A DNA stretch of 17,682 nucleotides from the NCBI GenBank assembly GCA_039810425.1, contig JBDHWW010000057.1, positions 1 through 17,682 of the forward strand, given 5' to 3'. Position numbers and translations under genes: made by a program. Origin of the DNA: Pseudobdellovibrionaceae bacterium. GTDB lineage: Bacteria; Bdellovibrionota; Bdellovibrionia; Bdellovibrionales; Bdellovibrionaceae. Below, in pieces: positions 1 through 9,400 of this stretch; the stretch's first letter is position 1; the number at the start of each line of letters is the position of its first letter. The notes under the pieces were generated by a model. The model did no database searches and was not told the DNA's origin. It saw only the letters and a list, made by a program, of their open reading frames with translations.

Positions 1-65
1 AAGGGTTTTGGGGAACTCCATGTCGCGCCTATTAAGCTTGGCACGCTAACGCCAGTCAAGTGGAT

Positions 66-1412
66 ATGGATGTAAAATTAATTTTCGGAATTTTAACTCT
101 ATGTCACTTAGCCGCATGTGCGGGGCCCTCAGAAGAACGCTCGGATACGGCCACCGCCGGTCTTGAAGATCAAAAGGTGTGGGATAAGCTCATTTACGGC
201 GACGATGATCGCAAGGACCTCTATGAAGTGGCTTCCCCACTGCAGCGAGAACTCGCGGACTCCACAGTGGCGCTGCTGGAGAGTTCAAACCTGAAAGTGC
301 AAAGCGCATCCACTTTCAGTCTTCCGGCCGACAGCTTCGGCAAACAAAATATGCTCTGCACCAGCGAACCTTACTATGACCAGCCCGCCGCCGCATTTTG
401 CTCAGGCTCGCTTGTGGGGGGAAATCTTATTCTCACGGCTGGTCACTGTGTGAAAGATGCTTCTGATTGCGCCAATGTCCGCTTTGTCTTTGGCTATTCC
501 GTGAAGCAGGCGGGGAAGTACCCAGCGAGTGTCGCGGCGTCGGAGGTCTATTCCTGTAAGCGCATTATTTCGCGTAAACAAGAGGCCGCAGGGTCGGACT
601 ATGCTTTGATTGAAACCGACCGTCCTGTGGTCAATCATAACATTTTAAAGTTGCAACGTTCACTTATTCCAGCCGTGGGTGATGCAGTGACTGTGATCGG
701 CCACCCCTCGGGGCTACCCACGAAGGTTGCCTCCGGCGGCAAGGTTCGTAAAGTCAGTCCGACATTTATGACGACAAATCTTGATACCTATGGTGGCAAT
801 TCAGGATCTGCGGTGTTTAATTCCGAAACGGGCGAGGTCGTGGGGATTCTTGTTCGCGGTGATACGGACTTTGTCCCAAAGAGCTCGTGCTATGTTTCAA
901 ATCGTTGCCCGGCGGAGGGCTGTCGTGGCGAGGACGTGACCCGCATTGATCAAGTCAGTGCTTATATTCCGGCCAGCAGCCATCCGCAACCAAGCCCGCC
1001 CTCTTCTCCTTCTCCGGGGCCCACCCCAAAACCGACGGTAGAGGGCGTTTTTGTGAGCGCGGCCGGCAGTCTGGCAATTCCGGATAAAAATTCCACGGGC
1101 ATTGTGTCTAGCATTTCCGTGCCGGAAGCGGTTGCGGGAAGAAAAGTTCTTGTCGGTGTTGATATTGAGCACTCCTATTCCGGCGATCTTGTGCTGACAT
1201 TGATCGCGCCGGACGGAAAGAGCTATGTCCTTCGCAAAAACAAAGGTGGGCGCGCCCGCGATATTAAAGGTGTTTTTGGTGAAGGTCTTGTTTCCGAAAC
1301 CAGTTTGAGTTCTTTGGAACGGGCGTCTGCGGGAACATGGAGACTCAAGGTCGTTGATAGTCTTGTCCAGGATACCGGTTCGTTAAAACAGTGGAAGATT
1401 ATCTTGAAGTAA
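66..1412 (+). CDS. Trypsin-like (S1) serine protease lipoprotein with Pro-rich linker and C-terminal proprotein convertase P-domain
   Basis: Lipobox LAAC; catalytic triad motifs LTAGHC, DYALI, DTYGGNSGS; linker HPQPSPPSSPSPGPTPKP; P-domain motifs AIPD, DIEHSYSGDLVLTLIAPDG, GTWRLKVVD...DTGSLKQW. The ORF track starts at GTG 60; the in-frame ATG at 66 is chosen here and the start is uncertain. Confidence 0.9.
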   Translation: MDVKLIFGILTLCHLAACAGPSEERSDTATAGLEDQKVWDKLIYGDDDRKDLYEVASPLQRELADSTVALLESSNLKVQSASTFSLPADSFGKQNMLCTSEPYYDQPAAAFCSGSLVGGNLILTAGHCVKDASDCANVRFVFGYSVKQAGKYPASVAASEVYSCKRIISRKQEAAGSDYALIETDRPVVNHNILKLQRSLIPAVGDAVTVIGHPSGLPTKVASGGKVRKVSPTFMTTNLDTYGGNSGSAVFNSETGEVVGILVRGDTDFVPKSSCYVSNRCPAEGCRGEDVTRIDQVSAYIPASSHPQPSPPSSPSPGPTPKPTVEGVFVSAAGSLAIPDKNSTGIVSSISVPEAVAGRKVLVGVDIEHSYSGDLVLTLIAPDGKSYVLRKNKGGRARDIKGVFGEGLVSETSLSSLERASAGTWRLKVVDSLVQDTGSLKQWKIILK

Positions 1413-1426
1413 GTTATTTCTAAAGG

Positions 1427-2569
1427 ATGTGGAAAATCATCCTGACCTTTGTACTGATTACCTACGCAAATAGCAGCTTCGCTCAAGAGGTGGATCAAGG
1501 GGCTTCGGATTCTCCCGGGTCCGCTGAAAACTTGAGTGAAGCTGTTCCTGCAAAAGAAGATTTCTCCAAAAAGCTGATCCTGCTGCCGCTTGCCTACTAC
1601 ACTCCGGAAACAAAAATTGCCGGCGGGGTTCTCGCGATTAAAAACCTTTGGAAAGAAAAGGAAGGCCATACGTCGAGCGTTTTTGCCACGGCTTCGGTGA
1701 CTTTTAACGGCCAAGCGATGGTGAGTCTGGCTCCCCGTCTCTATTTAGCGGGCGGGGAGTGGGAGCTCGGCGGCGTTTTTTTCTATAGTTACTTTCCGAA
1801 TAAGTACTATGGTCGTGGGGTTGATAACTCTTTAGGCTCGCCGGAAAAATACACCGAGAATAGTTTTGTCATGGCTATCACGGGGGGAAAGAATATCCAT
1901 GATCGGCTTTTTATCCGTGGGGGCGTGGCCCAGGACCTGAGGAAAGTCATCGACTATGAGGTCGGTGGTGAAATGGAAAAAGAAATTCTAAGCATCGCTC
2001 AAAATATTCAAGTACTTTCTTTAAATGCGGGGCTTGAATGGGATGAGCGGGACTACCCGCAGGCCCCCCGTCAAGGGTCGTGGTATAAAATCAATCAGAG
2101 CTTTTATGATCCAAAGGATCGTGAGGGCCAAAAAGATATTCGCCGTTTCCGTAAAATCGAATTTGATCTCCGACAGTATATGACGATTGTGCCTCGCTGG
2201 ATTGGCGCGGCTCAACTGGTGGCGTCGGAAATTCAGGGAGATCAAGTACCGTTTCAATATTTGAACTCCATCGGCGGTGGCTCACGCATGCGGGGTTTTT
2301 ACGCTGGCCAGTATCGCGATAAAGCGCTTGGAATGTTTCAAGCCGAACTGAGATTTGAAAAGACCAGTAAATGGACGCCTGCTATTTTTGCGGGCGTGGC
2401 GCGCATGGCTACAAAGATCAGCGATCTTAACTCTGCGGACAGCTTTTACTCTGGCGGGGCGGGAATCCAGTACACTTTGGATCCAGAAAACAGAACGAAA
2501 TTGCGCCTGGACATCGGAGTTACAAATAAAGAAAGTGGTGCCTACTTTTTAATCGGCGAAGCGTTCTAA
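1427..2569 (+). CDS. Omp85/BamA/TamA-family outer-membrane beta-barrel protein, apparently without POTRA domains
   Basis: Signal peptide (…SSFA/QE); YYTPET barrel start; amphipathic strands; MRGF matching the Omp85 lid-lock (V/I)RG(F/Y) motif; C-terminal YFLIGEAF beta-signal; 14 bp after the protease stop. Confidence 0.8.
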   Translation: MWKIILTFVLITYANSSFAQEVDQGASDSPGSAENLSEAVPAKEDFSKKLILLPLAYYTPETKIAGGVLAIKNLWKEKEGHTSSVFATASVTFNGQAMVSLAPRLYLAGGEWELGGVFFYSYFPNKYYGRGVDNSLGSPEKYTENSFVMAITGGKNIHDRLFIRGGVAQDLRKVIDYEVGGEMEKEILSIAQNIQVLSLNAGLEWDERDYPQAPRQGSWYKINQSFYDPKDREGQKDIRRFRKIEFDLRQYMTIVPRWIGAAQLVASEIQGDQVPFQYLNSIGGGSRMRGFYAGQYRDKALGMFQAELRFEKTSKWTPAIFAGVARMATKISDLNSADSFYSGGAGIQYTLDPENRTKLRLDIGVTNKESGAYFLIGEAF

Positions 2570-2652
2570 AACGCAAGGAACTATTGCGGAGCATAACCAC
2601 TAGTCTTTTTACTCAAAAGTCCCCATCATCTCTTCGTTACAAAATTAAGGCA

Positions 2653-2668
2653 TGTCTCAGACAAGACA
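2653..2668. promoter_or_regulatory. Perfect inverted repeat TGTCT-N6-AGACA abutting the ribosome-binding site of the dehydrogenase (possible operator or RNA hairpin)
   Basis: TGTCT 2653-2657, CAGACA spacer, AGACA 2664-2668, followed directly by AAGGAG 2669-2674. Confidence 0.3.
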
Positions 2669-2680
2669 AAGGAGATTCTT

Positions 2681-3796
2681 TTGGGAACATTCGAGTTGAT
2701 TTCTAAGCACGGCGACCACGAGCAAGTAGTATTCTGTAACGATCCCAGTGTTGGCTTGAAAGCGATCATTGCTATCCATAACACGGCCTTGGGGCCGGCT
2801 CTGGGCGGTACCAGAATGTGGAACTACAAGAATGAAGAAGAGGCTCTTGTTGATGTTCTGCGCCTTTCTAAGGGGATGACTTATAAGGCCGCAGCGGCGG
2901 GCCTGAACTTGGGCGGTGGCAAAGCGGTCATCATCGGCGATTCAAAATCTGCTAAATCTGAAGGGCTTTTCCGCGCCTTCGGTCAATTCGTGAACTCTTT
3001 GAATGGTCGCTACATTACGGCTGAAGATGTGGGCACGAATGTGACTGATATGGAGCACATCTTCATGGAAACTCCTTGGGTCACGGGGATTCCAAAAGGT
3101 TTCGGTGGTTCGGGAGACCCCTCTCCTTACACGGCGCACGGCGTTTTGATGGGGATTAAGGCTGCGGCAAAAGAAAAATTCAGTGCAGACTCCTTGAAGG
3201 GCCTAAAAGTCGCTGTTCAAGGTTTGGGCAACGTGGGTTCCAACCTTGTGAAGTATTTGATTGAAGAAGGCGCAAAAGTCATTGTCGCCGATATCGATCA
3301 GGGCCGCGTTAAAAACATGCACGATCAGTTCGGCTGCGAAGTTTCTAATCCAGATAGCATTTTGTCTGTTGAGTGCGATATCTTTGCGCCGTGCGCTTTA
3401 GGCGCGGTTGTGAACGACAACACGATCACAAAATTAAAAACAAAGGTGATCGCTGGTGGCGCGAATAACGTTCTTGCAGAGGCCCGTCACGGCGACCAAT
3501 TGCGCGAATTGGGCATCTTGTACACTCCGGATTACGTGATCAATGCCGGTGGTTTGATGAACGTATTTGTTGAGCTTGAAGGCTACTCTCCAGATCGCGC
3601 ATTTGATAAAACCCGCAAAGTTTATGACAACTGTCTGCGCGTGTTTGAAATTGCAAAACGTGACAATATCGGCACCCATGTGGCTGCGGACCGCCTTGCG
3701 GAAGAGCGCATCAAAACAATCGGCCGCCTCAAGCAACGTCACCCTGGCAAATCCAGCCGCGCGTTCTCGACTCTGCGCGAAGTTAATAACCGCTAA
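2681..3796 (+). CDS. Glu/Leu/Phe/Val dehydrogenase, leucine dehydrogenase-like
   Basis: Motifs [46 protein letters not shown], Rossmann [31 protein letters not shown] then TTG start. Confidence 0.95.
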   Translation: MGTFELISKHGDHEQVVFCNDPSVGLKAIIAIHNTALGPALGGTRMWNYKNEEEALVDVLRLSKGMTYKAAAAGLNLGGGKAVIIGDSKSAKSEGLFRAFGQFVNSLNGRYITAEDVGTNVTDMEHIFMETPWVTGIPKGFGGSGDPSPYTAHGVLMGIKAAAKEKFSADSLKGLKVAVQGLGNVGSNLVKYLIEEGAKVIVADIDQGRVKNMHDQFGCEVSNPDSILSVECDIFAPCALGAVVNDNTITKLKTKVIAGGANNVLAEARHGDQLRELGILYTPDYVINAGGLMNVFVELEGYSPDRAFDKTRKVYDNCLRVFEIAKRDNIGTHVAADRLAEERIKTIGRLKQRHPGKSSRAFSTLREVNNR

Positions 3797-3817
3797 ATTT
3801 TCTCTGTAAATCGATAC

Positions 3818-3852
3818 GAAAAGCCTCTGCGAAAGCGGGGGCTTTTCCCTTT
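3818..3852 (+). terminator. Rho-independent terminator after the dehydrogenase
   Basis: GAAAAGCCTCTGC-GAAA-GCGGGGGCTTTTC stem (two G-U pairs, GNRA loop) followed by CCTTT, 21 bp after the stop. Confidence 0.8.
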
Positions 3853-3873
3853 CCGTCAACGCAAAAAGGCGTC

Positions 3874-3905
3874 TTGACTTTGACCCTCTAGCATCATTCA
3901 ATAAT
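3874..3905 (+). promoter_or_regulatory. Putative sigma70 promoter for yfgM-bamB
   Basis: TTGACT (3874-3879) with TTCAAT 17 bp later; a second TTGACC at 3880-3885 and AATAAT at 3900-3905; lies between the terminator and the SD (AGAGGA). Confidence 0.4.
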
Positions 3906-3939
3906 CAGCTAAATCTAACTATTTAAAGAGGATACCGGT

Positions 3940-4746
3940 TTGAGCAAAAAGCTTTCTAAAGACGAAGTAAGAAACCCAGATCAAGTTCTTAAGACCCTGA
4001 ATCGGGGCTTCCAGTGGTCTCAAAACCACTCTCGCGCTGTGATCTTTGGATTGATCGCATTTTTCGCTATTGGTGTGGGGTGGTCACTGATGAGCAATAT
4101 GTCTGAGCGTAAAGAATCTCAGGCCCAAGAGTCTTACTTTAGTTTTGAGAAAAGCTATCTTGATAAAAAACGCGGTTTTGATGAAGCCGAAAGATCAGCT
4201 CTTCGCCCGCCAATGGGTAAAGAAAAAGAAGCGCCAAAAGTGAAAGCTTCCGGCGATCTTGAAAAAGATTACGGTCCTGAAGTGGCCGGTTTTAAATCTG
4301 TGATCGAAAAGCATCCAGACTCAAAAGCGGCGCAAATGGCGGCTTTGAATTTGAGTGAAATCTATGTGAACTACAAAAAGATTGACGAGGCAACCCAGTC
4401 TCTTGAGAAAGTGGCGACAAAAAGCTCTGGCAAAGATTTAATCTCAGCCATCGTGCTTACTCAGTACGGTAATATTCTTTCTGATAAAGACGATTGCAAG
4501 GGCGCGGTGGAGCAATGGGGTAAGGTGTTAGGCCAGTCTCAAGCAGCATTCATGCATGATACTCTTCGCCTCAAGTCCGCCTTCTGCTATGAAAAAATGA
4601 ATGACCTGACAAAGGCCGAAGAACTTTATAAAAAAGTCAGCCAGAACTCTCAGGATCCTAAAAATCCGGAAGCCGGTGAGACCGGGCTTGGCAAAGATGC
4701 TGAAAAGTACCTTCGCCTGTTGAAACTGAAAAAGAACGCCGGCTAG
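3940..4746 (+). CDS. yfgM: YfgM-like membrane-anchored TPR protein (ancillary SecYEG/periplasmic chaperone network)
   Basis: N-terminal basic segment, one TM helix (AVIFGLIAFFAIGVGWSLM), TPR-like helices (HPDSKAAQMAALNLSEIY; LKSAFCYEKMNDLTKAEELYKKV); directly upstream of a BamB-like gene, as in the conserved yfgM-bamB order. TTG start with SD. Confidence 0.7.
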   Translation: MSKKLSKDEVRNPDQVLKTLNRGFQWSQNHSRAVIFGLIAFFAIGVGWSLMSNMSERKESQAQESYFSFEKSYLDKKRGFDEAERSALRPPMGKEKEAPKVKASGDLEKDYGPEVAGFKSVIEKHPDSKAAQMAALNLSEIYVNYKKIDEATQSLEKVATKSSGKDLISAIVLTQYGNILSDKDDCKGAVEQWGKVLGQSQAAFMHDTLRLKSAFCYEKMNDLTKAEELYKKVSQNSQDPKNPEAGETGLGKDAEKYLRLLKLKKNAG

Positions 4747-4776
4747 TTTCGCTCGTTTTAAACAAAGGACCGTGTT

Positions 4777-5940
4777 TTGGGAATCAGCACTTTTTTCTCT
4801 GCTCTTGCAATGTTGGTTTTAATCTCAGGCTGTTCTAGCATTGAGTCTCTTATGAGCCGCACGGCAGAAAAAAGAGTCTTTGCGGTTCGCGAGATTTGGG
4901 TCCGCGAAGCTCCTGAGAAAGACAATCTTGCTTTCCGTAAAATCAATCGCATGACACCGGTGATTTTAGGAAACCTCCTGATTCAAGGCAATGCAATCGA
5001 TGGAGTGACGGCCTACGACCGCGATTCCGGGCGCCAGTTGTGGCGCTTGCCGATCCTCAACGGTGTGGAAGCGGGCTCGGCACTGGTCAATGATCGCCTG
5101 TTCTTCGGGGCGAGCGATGGCTCGTTCTACTCAGTGAATGCCAAGACCGGCAAGGTTCTTTGGACTTTCCCGACTCATTCTGAAAATATCGCTGAGCCTT
5201 TATTAGATACGGCCACCGGCGTGGTTTATTTCTTAAGCGGCGCGAATGTGGTTTATGCTTTAGATGCGGAGTCTGGCCGTCAAGTTTGGTTGTACTCCCG
5301 TCAGGATAACTCCAATTTTTCAATTCGCGGCGGCTCAAAACCAGCACTGAAGGATGGCAATCTATTTATTGGCTTCAGTGATGGAACTCTTGTTAGTTTA
5401 AATGCTAAAACTGGTAATTTGCAGTGGGAATTGCCACTGAATAAAAACAAAAAGTTCCGTGATATCGATGCATCACCAATTATTGATGGCGATCAGATTT
5501 ACATCTCAGGTTATGACGACAAACTCTATTGCGTGAACATGCAAAAAGGGGACGTCCAATGGAAAATCGATGGGGGAGGGTACTACCCTGTCACGATTGC
5601 CGGCGATAAAATTTATTACTCAACCACGTCTGGTGAAGTCTGGGCGTTGCAAAAAGGCAATGGCCAAAAAGCTTGGACTTACTCGGTGAAAGAAGGCATT
5701 CCAACGCAAGTGAAGGTCTATAAGGGCCTTGCGGTTTTCGGTGAATCTCAAGGCCGCCTACGCTTCTTAGATGCAAATACCGGTAAAGCCGTTTCCTCTT
5801 TCGATCCAGGCCGCGGAATTATGTCGACTCCATCCGTTGATGACAAAACCAATCATATTTATTTCATCTCAGGTGAAGCCAATGTTTATGCGATGGAAGC
5901 CAAGTGGACTTATCCGCAATGGATTCCGTACCTTCAATAG
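4777..5940 (+). CDS. bamB: BamB-like PQQ-repeat beta-propeller outer-membrane lipoprotein
   Basis: Lipobox LISGC; repeated AxDxxTGxxxW blades (AYDRDSGRQLW, VNAKTGKVLW, ALDAESGRQVW, LNAKTGNLQW); IRGGSKP and DIDASPII motifs typical of BamB; synteny with yfgM. Confidence 0.8.
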   Translation: MGISTFFSALAMLVLISGCSSIESLMSRTAEKRVFAVREIWVREAPEKDNLAFRKINRMTPVILGNLLIQGNAIDGVTAYDRDSGRQLWRLPILNGVEAGSALVNDRLFFGASDGSFYSVNAKTGKVLWTFPTHSENIAEPLLDTATGVVYFLSGANVVYALDAESGRQVWLYSRQDNSNFSIRGGSKPALKDGNLFIGFSDGTLVSLNAKTGNLQWELPLNKNKKFRDIDASPIIDGDQIYISGYDDKLYCVNMQKGDVQWKIDGGGYYPVTIAGDKIYYSTTSGEVWALQKGNGQKAWTYSVKEGIPTQVKVYKGLAVFGESQGRLRFLDANTGKAVSSFDPGRGIMSTPSVDDKTNHIYFISGEANVYAMEAKWTYPQWIPYLQ

Positions 5941-5969
5941 GTGTGCTTTCCTGAGTTAAGGAGGACTTC

Positions 5970-6368
5970 GTGGTTAAATGGATTTATGCAGGCGTTTTGA
6001 GCGTGGTTCTTTTGGGGTGCGCGACTGGTAAGTGCGTGAATGCCAACACTCCAGCAAGCACCACGACGGCGGCAACAGCAAACTCTGGAGGTACGACCAT
6101 GAAGCCGGAATCTAAACTAGACCGTGTCAAGGTCTATAAACCCGATGGCTCCTTACAATGCGGCCAAGGCAAAGCGGTTCCAGTGCCTGAGATGCAAAAA
6201 GAGCTCAAAGATTTCAAAGTATATTCGAGTTATAATAAAAACGATGGAATGATGCGCATTCAAGTTTGCGGTTCACCAACAGGTAATGCCAACATTTATG
6301 AAATCGATCGCAGTAAACTTGAAGCCGCCGTTAAACTGGGCTTCAAGGAATGGACTTATGATAACTAA
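5970..6368 (+). CDS. Small lipoprotein of unknown function with Thr/Ala linker and a two-Cys domain
   Basis: SD AAGGAGG, GTG start, lipobox LLGC; linker PASTTTAATANSGG; domain with DGSLQCG and IQVCGSPTG. Confidence 0.75.
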   Translation: MVKWIYAGVLSVVLLGCATGKCVNANTPASTTTAATANSGGTTMKPESKLDRVKVYKPDGSLQCGQGKAVPVPEMQKELKDFKVYSSYNKNDGMMRIQVCGSPTGNANIYEIDRSKLEAAVKLGFKEWTYDN

Positions 6369-6399
6369 GGCTTAGCCGGAAATATTCATCACATACTTA

Positions 6400-6427
6400 G
6401 TGTTACATAATATAACTTATCAGAAAT
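6400..6427 (-). other. dif: dif-like XerC/XerD recombination site (probable chromosome dimer resolution site)
   Basis: Minus strand reads ATTTCTGATAA-GTTATA-TTATGTAACAC, an 11-6-11 layout with inner ATAA/TTAT symmetry and a XerD-type arm TTATGT (E. coli dif: GGTGCGCATAA-TGTATA-TTATGTTAAAT). It is intergenic, between convergent genes. Confidence 0.8.
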
Positions 6428-6449
6428 TTATCGTGCCCCATCTTGCCCG

Positions 6450-9400
6450 TTATTGGCAACAACGGAACTCGTGACTCGCGCTAATCGTGTCCCCTGTTGT
6501 AGTTAGAGCTGACGATCCACATGTCAGACTTTCGATGTCTGCCGTCCATGCGGCCGTTGCGATAGTGCCTCCGAACGCACAATGAGATGCATACTGTTGT
6601 TTTGTACAAAGCCTTAAACCGCGGTTTGAGCATATGTTTACGGCGCTGTAATACGAGGCAGCTACCGCATTTGTTGTATCCATACAAAAACCCGGATCGC
6701 CAACATCCACTGACGTCGTACCAATTGGACAGATTCTTTTGGGATGTTGGAATGAGTTTACTGCGGGCACAGTCACTTTACTCGAGCCATCTATACTAAT
6801 TGGGTAATTGTAGGAGCCGCCCGAGGGGTTTGTGGCAAAGACCGCGGTGCTCATTTGCGTGGCTTCTAGCAAGGTCGTAACACCAGCAAATTCCAGGTTA
6901 TATGTGGACTTGGGTTCGGCTATAAAGTGGCTATTATTTGCCACGCGAACTCCCGTACCTCCAGAGACTTTAAGAACACTGGCCGGCGCAAAAGGGGAAA
7001 ATTTAAAGGTTGAATTATCAGACACCTGGATTGCGGCGGCCGTAGGATTGTTGAGGGTTCCATCGACCTTGAAATTAGACTGGGCATTTAAAGTCGAATT
7101 GTTTCTCACTGTGACATATCCCTGGGAGCCATAACTACTGTTTAAAAGGTCGAAGTCCCCATAGAAATCGCAGGTAGAGTTGTTTTCGCAAGTCAAACCT
7201 TGATTTGCGATCGACTCCAGTCGTAAGGTTCCTTCAACACTTAAGTGCCCACCATTACGGACCTGCACGGCGCTCGCATTAGGGTTACTGCCCATACTGA
7301 CCCGTAACATATAGCTGCCACTCACATTTAAAGAACCGCTATTGCCGACATCAACACCCGTCTGGTACTGCGCTCCAGCACCAGTGATGGTCGCCTGGTC
7401 TTCAATACTGATGTCGCCAAATTCGACACCGATTCCCCGGTTGTTTAAGCCCGAACCAAGATTGATGTTCAGCGCCGCTTCAGAACTGATGGAGCCCTGA
7501 TAGACTTCGATACCGCGCGAACCATCCGCGCTGGGCAAATTGGCTAAGGTGATATTGATGTTCGCGCCCAACATGGCGCGGCCCGCGCTCGAGATGGAGA
7601 GCGCTCTACGATTGTTGTTAAAAACTGTATCGTCAATGATTGCCAAACCACCATCAACACGAATTCCCGTGTCTTGAAAATCGTTGATCGAGATCTGTTT
7701 GATATAAACGCCGCTGGCCGCAGGTCCGATAACAAGGCCAGTGCCTCCAGTAAAGCCACCTTGACTCAGTGTCTCGCTGCTGCTCCCCGAAGCCCCTTTA
7801 ATTAATAAAAAGGGACCGTTGGCGAGACTTTGTGCCGCGATATTTTTATTGATGACCGCAATAGCCAGATCGTTCCCCTGAGACACCAGGTTTGAGCCGA
7901 TTTCGATTGTGATTTTATGACGAATAAAATCGGGTGTGCTATCAACCGCCTTTTGCAGGGTCTGGAACGCGCAGTTCGGGAAACTTGTCGCTGGGGCCGC
8001 CGTTGTACCGTTACAGTTAATATCACTGCCAGCATTGTTGACGTAGATCGTTTTGTCCATCGTAGAAACCGTCGCGGCGTTGGTCTCCGCGCACATAAAG
8101 GCGTCCGTAGGCGAACTCCAAACCATGGTCTGATTCACTGTACAGTTTGTGGGAAACTGCGCGGTTCCAAGGGTGCTGCTCTTAACGCTTGTCACACTCA
8201 CGGGAGCGTCCACCCAAACCGTACCTGTCCACTTCAAATAATTATCCGTGACCGTTCCGGTTGGCAATAGGGCGGGTGTTGTCCATAACAGATTTCCAGC
8301 ACTGTCTGATTGCAACATCTGATTGGATGTTGGCGGGCTCTCTGGAAATCTTAAGGAGTAGTTGCCCCCGATTGCCGGCGGAGCCAACGTCAAAATATTT
8401 GTTCCATTATACAAGCCGACATTCTTTAACTTTGCTCCCCCGGTTGAGCTTAATTGCAAAATCAAATTAGGATCCGCCGATTGAGTTTTGGCGACCGTGA
8501 CAACACCCGTACTTGAAATTGTCGCATCCCCGGCCATATCAACGGCCCCCGCAACGCCAGCGCCGGTACCGACAAGGATTTTACCGCTGGCCAAGGAGCT
8601 ACTTTGTTTTGAATTAAAAGTATCCCAATCGCTCGCGCTGAGATAACCAGCAGTTGCTGAGCTGGCCTGGGTCATTGAAACGAGCGGAGCTGAACTGCCG
8701 CTTGAAACTGAAATGGGCGCAACCCCGTTGACAGTCGTGACTGTCCCGCCGCCGGCTGCGACGGTTGCCCATTTTAAACCGCTGACTTGAGTTGAGTCCG
8801 CCGTCAGAACCTGGCCGTCGGTGCCGACGCCGATGCGAACGTTGTTAATTCCGTTGGAGCTCAAAACATCACCCTTTGTTGTCAGCGGAGAGAGCGCATC
8901 CATCGCCCCCAATGCCGTTGTCGCCCCGGTACCACCCTTAGAAAGGGGGACTACCGCTGAAAGATTTGCGGGAGTTAAATTCGTTAATGCCGAACCATCA
9001 ACAGCCGGCAATTTCGCCGCCGCATCTAACTGCACAATTTTCCCCGGCGTCGTTCCCGCATCGACAGAGATCAGGCCGTCGCCGGCACCGCTGTCTTTGA
9101 GGCCAGTTCCCGCTTTCATAAGACCGAGATTTGTACTCGAGGCATTGCCGGGATTTACACCGGTATTGTCGTCGCCTATCGCCCACCTGGTTCCATCGTA
9201 TTTTAGAATTTTATTTGTCGTAATCCCCGTAGTATCCACCGCGATGCCTTTGATCTTACCGACAGATAATGCGTTAAAACTTCCCGTTACATCGCCTGAA
9301 AAAGCCGTGGAAGGAGAGAGCAAGCTTGCCGCCACGTTATCGACGTAGCCTTTGCTGACCACTTCCCCGCTCCCCGTTTGCGAGGAGCCAAGACCTCCGC

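Noticed and set aside
38..53. sigma54-like TTGGCACG upstream of the protease
   Set aside because: GG-to-GC spacing is 9 nt rather than the required 10, and TTGC is absent.
1..59. Possible start of a leftward gene (ATG at 21, MEFPKTL) with TTGACT-N17-CTTAAT
   Set aside because: Only 7 codons are visible; it cannot be supported from this window.
6450..6731. Diversity-generating retroelement acting on the CLec-like tip
   Set aside because: No reverse transcriptase, Avd or template repeat was seen in the window; only action in trans remains possible.
8821..9348. 175-aa antisense ORF, and similar shadow ORFs (1223-1714, 3434-3901, 10369-10827, 12448-12963, 16172-16585, 17385-17594)
   Set aside because: They lie opposite or out of frame within well-supported genes or the hairpin cluster, and show no recognisable motifs.
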